A stretch of DNA of 62,018 nucleotides, from the NCBI GenBank assembly GCA_020722375.1, contig DYKX01000001.1:5243-67260 (forward strand). Direction: 5' to 3'. A model generated the notes under the pieces. That model had not been told where the DNA came from and did not search any database. It saw only the letters and a program-made list of their open reading frames with translations. Below are positions 9,425 to 17,719 of this stretch, piece by piece (within the stretch, counting starts at the first letter, position 1; each line of letters starts with the position of its first letter). The position numbers were made by a program, and so were the translations under genes. The stretch is from Anaerolinea thermophila (GTDB taxonomy: Bacteria > Chloroflexota > Anaerolineae > Anaerolineales > Villigracilaceae).

Positions 9425-9556
9425 CTAAAAACCCTGGTAAATCCAGTTGGGGGTGGTGTCGGCGGTGAAGACGATCAGCGCGAGGACGATCAGCGCGAGC
9501 GCCAGCGCCAGCATATTTTCACGCGAGAAGATGGAGGCAACGAGTTTCTTGAACAT
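9425..9556 (-). CDS. DltX-like 43-aa single-TM peptide ending WIYQGF
   Basis: MFKKLVASIFSRENMLALALALIVLALIVFTADTTPNWIYQGF; the terminal aromatic-I-Y-x-x-F matches the DltX/PatA acyl-relay motif; first gene before the MBOAT. Confidence 0.75.
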   Translation of the reverse strand: MFKKLVASIFSRENMLALALALIVLALIVFTADTTPNWIYQGF

Positions 9557-9597
9557 TTCTTTTATCACCGTGAACTGGAAAAGTTTTACTTTCGGAG

Positions 9598-9630
9598 CTG
9601 GAATCCCGAAGTAGAACTTCGGGATTCCAG
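9598..9630. repeat. Perfect 15-bp-arm palindrome after prfB (REP-like or terminator)
   Basis: CTGGAATCCCGAAGT-AGA-ACTTCGGGATTCCAG. Confidence 0.75.
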
Positions 9631-9633
9631 AAA

Positions 9634-10726
9634 TTAATTCTTGCCAGAGTTCGCTTTCAGGTAGGCTTCCATGAACGCGTCCAGGTCGCCATCCAAGACG
9701 GCCTGCGCGTTGCCGCGCTCGAAGTCGGTGCGATGATCCTTCACCATCTGATACGGATGCAGCACATACGAGCGGATCTGACTGCCCCATTCCGCCTTGG
9801 TGTATTCCCCGCGCAGGACCGCCACCTCCTCCTCTTTCTCCGCCTTCTTGATCTCGAGCAGGCGGGCGCGCAAAATCCGCATGGCAAACTCGCGGTTCTG
9901 CGACTGCGAGCGTTCATTCTGACAGGTGACAACGATGCCCGTCGGCAGGTGCGTCAGGCGGATGGCCGTCGAGTTCTTCTGGACGTTCTGTCCGCCCGCG
10001 CCCGACGAACGGAACACGTCTATCTTCAATTCGCTCGGGTCGATCTCGACCTCGGGGTCGTCCATGGTGACCTGAGGCAGAATCTCCACGAGCGCGAACG
10101 ACGTGTGCCGCCGATGCGCCGCGTCGAAAGGAGAGAGTCGCACCAGGCGATGCACGCCCTTTTCGGAACGGAGATACCCGAACGCGTATTTTCCGTTGAC
10201 GGCGATGGTCACGGATTTAATTCCCGCTTCCTCGCCCTCGGTGCGGTCCAACACTTCGGTTTCGAATCCATGCTTCTCTGCCCAACGCAGGAACATGCGC
10301 TCGAGCATGGCGGCCCAATCCTGCGAATCGGTCCCGCCCGCGCCCGCGTGGATGGCAAGGATGGCGTCATCGTCATCATAGCGGCCTGAGAACATGGCAT
10401 TGAAGAGGCGCTTGTCCACTTCCGCTTCGATGGCCGCGGTCTCCGATTCCAAATCCGCGCGCAGGCTCTCGTCGTCCATGCGCGCAAGTTCGAGCGCGTC
10501 GTGGATGCGCGTCCGAAAGGCGCGCCAGTCATCCACCTCCTCGCGAAGTTTGGCGGCCTCGCGGCTGATGCGTTGTGCATTCGTGGAATCGTTCCAGAAA
10601 TCAGGCGCGCCTATTTGCTTGTCGAGTTCGGTCAGTTGGGATTCTTTCGCGGAAAAGTCAAAGACGCTCCAGGATCTGGGTGATGGCGTCCTGTGCAACA
10701 GTGAGACGGTCGATAAGGTCTTGCAT
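9634..10726 (-). CDS. prfB: Peptide chain release factor 2 (programmed +1 frameshift)
   Basis: SPF anticodon mimic and GGQ motif; true ATG at 10726 with GGAGGA RBS, 22 codons, then CTT TGA C. Confidence 0.96.
10657..10670 (-). promoter_or_regulatory. RF2 +1 frameshift site
   Basis: GGAGCGT-CTT-TGA-C on the minus strand (SD-like element plus slippery site). Confidence 0.93.
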
Positions 10727-10743
10727 GTTTCCTCCAGAGTGGA

Positions 10744-10838
10744 AGACCTGACATGTCTCATCCGCGCCGTTGCCTGCAAGGCTTCCTGCGCGGACGCGGC
10801 TCACGATCATCAACGCCTCGCGGAGACATGTCAGGTCT
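10744..10838. repeat. 95-bp element with perfect 16-bp terminal inverted repeats (REP/MITE-like)
   Basis: AGACCTGACATGTCTC ... GAGACATGTCAGGTCT between ftsY and prfB. Confidence 0.8.
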
Positions 10839-10841
10839 GTG

Positions 10842-11768
10842 TTATGTCAATATTCCATCTACAAACGAATCGGGGTCGAAGGGCGTCAGGTCTTCGGGTT
10901 TTTCGCCCAGCCCCGCGAACAGAATCGGGATTCCGAGTTCTCGTTGAATCGCGAAGGCCATTCCGCCGCGCGCCGACGAATCGAGCTTGGCAAGGATCAC
11001 ACCCGTCACCTGCACGGCCTCCTTGAACTTGCGCGCTTGCTCGAGCGCGTTCTGTCCTGTGGTCGCGTCCAGCACCAGCCAGACATGATGCGGCGCACCC
11101 GTCAGCGCCTTGCCGACTACGCGGTGGACTTTGCGGAGTTCCTCCATCAAATTGAAACGGGTTTGCAGGCGGCCTGCCGTGTCTATCAGGACGACGTCCA
11201 CACCGCGGGAGAGTCCTGACTGGACGGCGTTGAACGCCACCGCGCCCGGGTCGGACTCCGGCGCGCCCGCCACCACCGGGACGTTGAGGCGGTCCCCCCA
11301 AGCCTGGAGTTGGTCCACCGCCGCGGCACGGAAGGTGTCCGCCGCGCCGAAGAGGATGGTTTTCCCCTCGGCGTGGAGGCGCGCTCCCAGTTTCGCGGCG
11401 CTGGTGGTCTTGCCCGATCCGTTGACGCCGACGAGCAGAATCACCGTCGGGTGATTGGAAAAGTCGAGTGCGGGCGGGTTGTCGAGGCGGGAGCGGAGTT
11501 CATCTTTCAGAGCCGAATTAAGTTCCTCGGAGCGAAGCAGGCCGCGGTCACGCGTGAGGCGTTTGAGTGAGTCTAAAACGCTGACGGTGGTCTCGATCCC
11601 CAGATCAGCCTGGATGAGCAAAGTCTCCAGGTCATCCCAGGTTTCAGCGGTGATCTCGGTGGCGCCCAGCAATGTGGCGAGACGCCCAAAGGCGGCTTTG
11701 CCGGTTTTGGAGAGGCCCGCGCGCCAACGGGGAAATCCCGCTGCGGGGCGTGATGGGACATCAGTCAT
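10842..11768 (-). CDS. ftsY: Signal recognition particle receptor FtsY (NG domain only)
   Basis: GVNGSGKTT, DTFRAAA, DTAGR, KLDSSARGG, GLGE...DL..FD. Confidence 0.95.
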   Translation of the reverse strand: MTDVPSRPAAGFPRWRAGLSKTGKAAFGRLATLLGATEITAETWDDLETLLIQADLGIETTVSVLDSLKRLTRDRGLLRSEELNSALKDELRSRLDNPPALDFSNHPTVILLVGVNGSGKTTSAAKLGARLHAEGKTILFGAADTFRAAAVDQLQAWGDRLNVPVVAGAPESDPGAVAFNAVQSGLSRGVDVVLIDTAGRLQTRFNLMEELRKVHRVVGKALTGAPHHVWLVLDATTGQNALEQARKFKEAVQVTGVILAKLDSSARGGMAFAIQRELGIPILFAGLGEKPEDLTPFDPDSFVDGILT

Positions 11769-11876
11769 GGGGCGTGATTATATCATGGGGGTTTAATGTT
11801 TTATGTTATACTCGCTCACTGGTAGCGACCAGACCAGCGGGTCAAATCGCACACATTTTTTTGTTCGAGGTAATCA

Positions 11877-12221
11877 ATGATCGAAGAACCCATTCACGTG
11901 ACCGATGAGGCTTTTGAAAAAACCGTCCTGCAATCGCAACTCCCTGTGATTGTCGATTTCTGGGCCCCGTGGTGCGGACCCTGTAAAATGGTCGCGCCAA
12001 TTCTCGAAAAACTGGCGAAGGAAAACGCCGGCAAACTGCTGGTTGCCAAGGTGAACACCGACGAGAATCCCGAGTGGGCAGGGAAATTTGGCATTCAAGG
12101 CATTCCGACCATGCTGTTCGTTTCGGGCGGCAAGGTGGTGCATCGCCAGGTGGGCGCGCTTCCCGAGCGAATGTTGCGGGATGTGGTCGCCCAGTTCATG
12201 GAAGTTATCACCCAGGCATAA
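11877..12221 (+). CDS. trxA: Thioredoxin
   Basis: DFWAPWCGPCK and IPT motifs. Confidence 0.95.
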   Translation: MIEEPIHVTDEAFEKTVLQSQLPVIVDFWAPWCGPCKMVAPILEKLAKENAGKLLVAKVNTDENPEWAGKFGIQGIPTMLFVSGGKVVHRQVGALPERMLRDVVAQFMEVITQA

Positions 12222-12236
12222 CTTCAGGAGGTGTGT

Positions 12237-12935
12237 ATGAGGCGCCGCATTTTCTTCGTGGTTCTGGCTTTGTCTGTCGCTCTTAGCGCGTGCATGCCGG
12301 GTCTTTCGCCGATTTCCGCAGGCGATGCACAGGCCACGTCGGTTGCGCTGGCTCGTACACAGGCGGCCCAGACTCTGATGGCGCTCCCCTCCCCGACCAT
12401 CCAGCCCTCCAACACGCCGCTCCCCACATTCACGAACACGCCCGCCCCCACGGCCACCGACAAGCCGGCCGACACAGCGACCACCGCGCCTGAGACAACT
12501 GGAACCGCAAGTCTCTCGGCAACGTCTACAGGGACAGGCAATGTCACGGGCACCGCGCCGTCCGCAACGGTGACGACTTCCACAACGACAGTCACCGCCA
12601 CGATCACTGGAACCGTGACGGCTACGCGCACGCCCACACCAGGGCCGCTTCTTTGGGGAACCGTCCCGCCGGAGGTGCCGTACGCGTTCATCACGCTGAA
12701 GAACCTGACGAACGATATGGTGTACATTTCGTTCCACTGCACATTGCAGAGCGGACTGGTTTCGTACCTGGAGTTTCCCGTCTATTCCACGCTCAAGGTG
12801 AAGATACCTTCCGGTCCATGTCATTACGTGGCCTGGGTAAAGGCGCAGCAGTTTACCGGCGATGTTCATCTCAAGAAATTCGAGGAATATACCTTCACAT
12901 TCAAACCCAGGAAGGTACTCTTTACGCAACCGTAA
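12237..12935 (+). CDS. Lipoprotein with a long Thr/Pro-rich linker and a small beta-rich C-terminal domain
   Basis: LSAC lipobox; AGGAGG RBS; Thr/Pro-rich central region. Confidence 0.8.
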   Translation: MRRRIFFVVLALSVALSACMPGLSPISAGDAQATSVALARTQAAQTLMALPSPTIQPSNTPLPTFTNTPAPTATDKPADTATTAPETTGTASLSATSTGTGNVTGTAPSATVTTSTTTVTATITGTVTATRTPTPGPLLWGTVPPEVPYAFITLKNLTNDMVYISFHCTLQSGLVSYLEFPVYSTLKVKIPSGPCHYVAWVKAQQFTGDVHLKKFEEYTFTFKPRKVLFTQP

Positions 12936-12964
12936 TAAAACAAAGGAGTAAAAGGAGTTAGCGA

Positions 12965-13558
12965 ATGAAAAAATTGTTCCCCCTGATTCTGGGGATTACC
13001 GTTTTACTGGCGGCCTGCGGCCCGAAGGCAACGCCGACCATTGACGCGGCCAGCGTCAATGCCACGGCTGTCTCGATGGCTTACACCATGGCCGCGCAGA
13101 CTCAGGCCGCGATTCCCACCGCGACCAACACGCTCGAGCCGACGGCGACTTTCACCCCGCCGCCCCCCACCCCAACCTTTTTCTCTCTCCCGACCCTTGC
13201 GGCTACCGCAACCAAAGCCGCCAGCGGAGAGGGTCCCTGCTACCACGCCATGATGCCCGATCCGCCTGGAAAAAAATTCACCGCTCGAGTCTGGAACACA
13301 AACAAGGCACCCGTGTCGGGAAATATCTGTCTCTACGATGACAGGAGCGGCAATGGAGTAACAGGCATCATCGGCATTTCGCTCGGAAGAAACGCTGACA
13401 CCACCCTGAGCATCCCACAGGGATGTTACTCAGCCTATTTCTGGGTGAACGACCCCAAGGCTCCTTCCACCGCTTCGGGTTCCGCGCTCTGCGCCAACAA
13501 CTCGGACAAGTGGACCTTCAAAATCACTGCCAACAACGTGCAGTTGCTCCCCCCGTAA
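12965..13558 (+). CDS. Lipoprotein with a Thr/Pro-rich linker and a Cys-containing C-terminal domain
   Basis: LAAC lipobox; AGGAG RBS; same architecture as the upstream gene. Confidence 0.8.
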   Translation: MKKLFPLILGITVLLAACGPKATPTIDAASVNATAVSMAYTMAAQTQAAIPTATNTLEPTATFTPPPPTPTFFSLPTLAATATKAASGEGPCYHAMMPDPPGKKFTARVWNTNKAPVSGNICLYDDRSGNGVTGIIGISLGRNADTTLSIPQGCYSAYFWVNDPKAPSTASGSALCANNSDKWTFKITANNVQLLPP

Positions 13559-13575
13559 ATCACAGTCGTCGAATC

Positions 13576-13611
13576 AAAAAAGCGGACGCGGCCAAATCGC
13601 GTCCGCTTTTT
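13576..13611. terminator. Bidirectional intrinsic terminator
   Basis: AAAAAAGCGGACGCG-loop-CGCGTCCGCTTTTT. Confidence 0.85.
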
Positions 13612-13621
13612 GTTTGATCGC

Positions 13622-14902
13622 CTACTCTGTCGTCCGCTCGATCTTCGCGCCGAGGGCGCGCAGTTTCTCGTCCACGCGCTCGTAGCCGCGGTCGATCTGC
13701 CCGGCGTTGCGGATGGTGGACGTCCCGTCCGCAGCGAGCGCGGCCAGCAGGAGCGACATGCCCGCGCGGATATCGGGACTTTCCAGTTTTTCGCCGTACA
13801 ACGGGTTTGGTCCCTGCACGAGACAGCGATACGGGTCACACAGGATGATGCGCGCCCCCATCCCCACCAGTTTGTCGGTGAAGTACATGCGCCCGGAATA
13901 CATCCAATCGTGGAAGAGTACCGAGCCTCTTGCCTGAGTCGCAACGGTAATGGCAATGCTCATCAAGTCGGTGGGAAAAGCGGGCCAGACATTGGTCTTG
14001 ATTTCGGGGATGACCCCGCCGAGATCGGCCACAACTTCGAGAGGCTGGTCCGCGGGGACGATCAGGTCATCGCCCTCCGCCTGCCAGACAACTCCCAGGC
14101 GGCGAAACACCTGCGCGATCATTTCGAGATAGTTCATGCCCGCGTTCCGAATGCGGATCGCGCCGCGCGTCACCACCGCCGCGCCGACGAGGCTGATCAC
14201 CTCGAGATAATCGGGACCGACGGTAAACTCGCCGCCACGCAAACTGTCCACGCCCTCGATGTGCAGGGTGTTCGACCCGATGTTTTCGATGCGTGCCCCC
14301 AACTTGTTAAGGAAGCGGCACAATTCCTGGATGTGCGGTTCGGAGGCCGCGTTGCGGATGACAGTGATTCCCCTGGCGCGCACCGCCGCCATGACAGCGT
14401 TTTCGGTGGCAGTGACGCTGGCCTCGTCGAGCAAAATGTCCGCGCCTTTCAAACCGCGCGCGGCAAATTCCAATTTGCGCCCATAGGTGACTTCCGCGCC
14501 GAGGGCCTGCAGGGCAAGGATGTGGGTATCGAGACGGCGGCGGCCGATCACATCCCCGCCGGGGGGAAAGAGATGCAATTCGCCGGCGCGGGCGGTCATC
14601 GGTCCCGCGAGCAGGATCGAGGCGCGGATGCGGCGGCAAAGGTCCGGGTCCAGCGAGGCCGGCCGAACGGTCCGCGCGGTGACGCGCCAGGAGTTCTCGC
14701 CCAGATCGTCCACCGTCACGCCCAGGCTTTCGATGAGATGCCGCATGTCGCTCACGTCACGAATTTTCGGCACGTTGTGAAGAATGACCGGCTCATCGGT
14801 GAGCAGGCAGGCCGCCAGCAATGGCAGCGCGGCGTTCTTGTTCCCCCCCGGCGTGACCTCCCCGCGCAGGGGATTCCTTCCTTCGATGACAAATTTTTCC
14901 AT
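13622..14902 (-). CDS. murA: UDP-N-acetylglucosamine 1-carboxyvinyltransferase, Asp at the Cys115 position
   Basis: GNKNAALP, RAS, PGGDVIGRR, SVTATEN, EPH, FPTD, DIRAG, IDRGY. Confidence 0.95.
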   Translation of the reverse strand: MEKFVIEGRNPLRGEVTPGGNKNAALPLLAACLLTDEPVILHNVPKIRDVSDMRHLIESLGVTVDDLGENSWRVTARTVRPASLDPDLCRRIRASILLAGPMTARAGELHLFPPGGDVIGRRRLDTHILALQALGAEVTYGRKLEFAARGLKGADILLDEASVTATENAVMAAVRARGITVIRNAASEPHIQELCRFLNKLGARIENIGSNTLHIEGVDSLRGGEFTVGPDYLEVISLVGAAVVTRGAIRIRNAGMNYLEMIAQVFRRLGVVWQAEGDDLIVPADQPLEVVADLGGVIPEIKTNVWPAFPTDLMSIAITVATQARGSVLFHDWMYSGRMYFTDKLVGMGARIILCDPYRCLVQGPNPLYGEKLESPDIRAGMSLLLAALAADGTSTIRNAGQIDRGYERVDEKLRALGAKIERTTE

Positions 14903-15015
14903 GGGTTCTCCTATGAAATCCCCGTCATTCTAAGGCAGTTTTTTGCTTTCGCCAAGCACATTACAAAACACTTACATCCCTGTGAGCGGCGATTCGTTTG
15001 GAATATAATGACGCC

Positions 15016-15801
15016 GTGGAATTTGGTCTAGTCATCCCGCTGATCGCGGGGTGGGTCGGCGGCTGGATTGTGAACTACCTGGCCGATGTCCTGCCCCACA
15101 CCCGCCGCTTCAGCGCCCCCACCTGCCCTCACTGCGACACAACCCTTTCCTGGCAGGAGTACCTTTTGCTTCGCGCCTGCCGTTCATGCGGAAACAGGCG
15201 CACCTTTCGTACCTGGATCGTGCAACTGTTCCTGACGGCGTTTAGCGTTTACATCTGGATCGCGCCGCCTGCCCGTTTGGGATTTGCGCTCGGACTGTTG
15301 CTTCTGCTGTACTTTACCATGGACTTTGTGATCGACCTGGAACACCGCCTGATCCTCCACCCGACCAGCATTTTCGGCTTCTTTCTTGGACTGGGAGCCG
15401 GGGTCCTGCGGCAGGGACTCTCGTCCACGCTGATAGGCGGCGCGGTCGGCTTCGGGATGGTGTTCCTGTTCTACCTGTTCGGCGTGCTCTTTACAAAAAT
15501 ACGGGCGCGTCGCTTGCAGTCCGCGGGTCTCGAAGCGGACGATGAGGAGGCCTTCGGCGCAGGCGATGTGATCCTGGCGACGATCATCGGGCTTGTCCTC
15601 GGCTGGCCGCTGACGTGGTTCGGCATCCTGTTCGGCGTTTTGCTTGGAGGCGTGATCAGCATCCTGATCATGCTCATCCTTTTTCTCTCGCGGCGGTTTC
15701 AATCGTGGATGGTGTTCATCCCGTTCGGACCGTTCTTCATCACCAGCGCCTTCCTGATTGTCTACCTGCCGCAACTTGTTAAGTTCCTAGTACCTAAGTA
15801 G
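15016..15801 (+). CDS. Prepilin peptidase (A24 family)
   Basis: Two CxxC motifs, catalytic Asp motifs IDLEH and GAGD, C-terminal IPFGPF; start uncertain (14998 or 15016). Confidence 0.88.
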   Translation: MEFGLVIPLIAGWVGGWIVNYLADVLPHTRRFSAPTCPHCDTTLSWQEYLLLRACRSCGNRRTFRTWIVQLFLTAFSVYIWIAPPARLGFALGLLLLLYFTMDFVIDLEHRLILHPTSIFGFFLGLGAGVLRQGLSSTLIGGAVGFGMVFLFYLFGVLFTKIRARRLQSAGLEADDEEAFGAGDVILATIIGLVLGWPLTWFGILFGVLLGGVISILIMLILFLSRRFQSWMVFIPFGPFFITSAFLIVYLPQLVKFLVPK

Positions 15802-15851
15802 GATTGGATGATTATTTCCGTGCCTCTAAACTAGAATCGGGAACCGATTAC

Positions 15852-17243
15852 ATGAAAAAGAAACTCACCCACTCTCATAAAAGCCCGGCGCAGGCCATGG
15901 TGGAATTTGCGCTGGTGTTGCCCATCCTTTTACTGCTCATCTACGGCCTGCTCGAGGTGGGACGATTGCTTTTCATCTACAGCAGTGTTGTGTCTGCCGC
16001 GAGGCAGGCCGCCCGTTATGGCTCCACGACCGGCGTCAATGCAGCGGGCACCTTCCGCTACCGCGATTGCGATGGGATGCGGGATGCCGCCCAACGGGTC
16101 GCTTTCATCAACGACCTCCCCGATGCAAATATTGAAATCTGGCACGATGAGGGCGAGGGTGCAAACCAGGTGTCTTATTGCCCTCCCGGTCAGGCGATTG
16201 ATACCACCTTCACGCCCACCACAGGAAACATCAACCGCGTACGCGTGCGCGTCCACACACAGTACACGCCCATCGTCCCGCTCGTGCCGCTGGAGCCGTT
16301 CGTGATCGAATCGGTCAGCGCGCGCACCATCCTGGTCAGCGTGCCGATCGTCATCACCGCCGCGCCGGAGGGATGGAATCCCAACGCCACTCCCATTCCC
16401 CCGGATACAGCCACTGCCACCGTCACGCTCACGCCCACTCTGACCCTGACGCCAACTATCACTGTCTCCCCCACTGCCACAGTCTCCCCCACCACTACTG
16501 GCACCGCAACACCCACGTTTACGCCCGTGGACACTGCCACAGCCACAGGAACTTTCACCCCCGTCCCTCCTCCAGGCGCTTTTAATAAGATCAGCCCTGT
16601 AAATGGCGATACCGGGGTACCCTATCCCAGTACCCACCTGACATGGGGAGTGAGTACGAACGCGGATTACTACGAAATCTGTATTGATCAAACTGACGAT
16701 AACAGTTGCGATAGCAATGACAATTGGCCGATAACAGTTACGGGTACATCTTACGATGCAAACACTGTGTTAGGTACTCTCTATTCCTGGCACGTGCGCG
16801 CCGTTAATTATGAAAACCCCGGTATTAAAACATACTCAAATGGCGCCAGTTCTGCCTTCTGGACCTTCACAACTTCAACTTCAGCTTCTTCCTGCTTTGC
16901 AAAGGGTGATCCGCTGGTTTTCGGCGCCAACACCATCAGTACACAAATTTACAACAAAGGCACTGTTGCCATTAGCATTTCGGGAATCAACATTACCTGG
17001 AATAACGCATCTAAACAGGAACTAAGTTCCATCACGCTTGGAGGCACGCCTATAACCATCCCTGCAAGCGATAGAAAGAAAACGCCATTTATTGCAACAG
17101 GACTTAGTATTTCAGTCCCGGCTGATACTATCGGTATAACCCTTCAGATTACTTTTAAGAACACCTATATAGTCAATGGTAACGAGGTTGTCCTGATTAG
17201 TTTTGCCGATCCGTGTAGCACATTAGAACTCACAATCCGATGA
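15852..17243 (+). CDS. TadE-like pseudopilin with Thr-rich stalk, FN3-like module and distal beta domain
   Basis: AQAMVEFALVLP...SAARQAARYG TadE signature. Confidence 0.85.
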   Translation: MKKKLTHSHKSPAQAMVEFALVLPILLLLIYGLLEVGRLLFIYSSVVSAARQAARYGSTTGVNAAGTFRYRDCDGMRDAAQRVAFINDLPDANIEIWHDEGEGANQVSYCPPGQAIDTTFTPTTGNINRVRVRVHTQYTPIVPLVPLEPFVIESVSARTILVSVPIVITAAPEGWNPNATPIPPDTATATVTLTPTLTLTPTITVSPTATVSPTTTGTATPTFTPVDTATATGTFTPVPPPGAFNKISPVNGDTGVPYPSTHLTWGVSTNADYYEICIDQTDDNSCDSNDNWPITVTGTSYDANTVLGTLYSWHVRAVNYENPGIKTYSNGASSAFWTFTTSTSASSCFAKGDPLVFGANTISTQIYNKGTVAISISGINITWNNASKQELSSITLGGTPITIPASDRKKTPFIATGLSISVPADTIGITLQITFKNTYIVNGNEVVLISFADPCSTLELTIR

Positions 17244-17692
17244 AAACACAACCCTGCTCCCCACTTTCATCCTCCCGCGGCCAAAGTCTGGTGGAATTCG
17301 CCATCAGCCTGACCTTCATTTTGATCCTGCTTGCAGGAGCCGTTTACTTTGGCATTGGATTGTTCTACTATGTTGCCATGCGCGATGCGGCTCAGGAGGG
17401 CGCGCTATTTGGCTCGATGAACCCGGATAATCTGGGTGGGATCCAAACCCGCGTTGCAGATGCCTCCGGTCCCGGTCTCATTCGGGACCTGTTCGATGCC
17501 GGGGAATTGACCGTAGATGTTACTTATTCGGGTGCCCACTGTGAGGGAAACGGAATTACCGTCACGCTCCAGCACGACTATTCATTGAATTGGCTTCCTA
17601 TTGGCGCATTTATTGAGCCGTTCATCGGACGAGATTTCATCCGATTACGAGCGTCGGTAACCGATACCATTCTCACTCCTCCGTGTCCATGA
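17240..17692 (+). CDS. TadE-like pseudopilin
   Basis: RGQSLVEFAISL...DAAQEGA. Confidence 0.88.
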   Translation: MKTQPCSPLSSSRGQSLVEFAISLTFILILLAGAVYFGIGLFYYVAMRDAAQEGALFGSMNPDNLGGIQTRVADASGPGLIRDLFDAGELTVDVTYSGAHCEGNGITVTLQHDYSLNWLPIGAFIEPFIGRDFIRLRASVTDTILTPPCP

Positions 17693-17719
17693 AACGGAAC
17701 CCTGAAAGGAAGTGAACGA

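Noticed and set aside
10658-10660. prfB pseudogene or selenocysteine TGA
   Set aside because: It matches the canonical CTT-TGA-C programmed frameshift.
13610-15031. Long antisense or overlapping ORFs (e.g. 13610-15031+, 1636-2967+, 31733-32902-, 36484-37839-)
   Set aside because: They are shadow frames of well-supported genes in GC-rich DNA and have no motifs.
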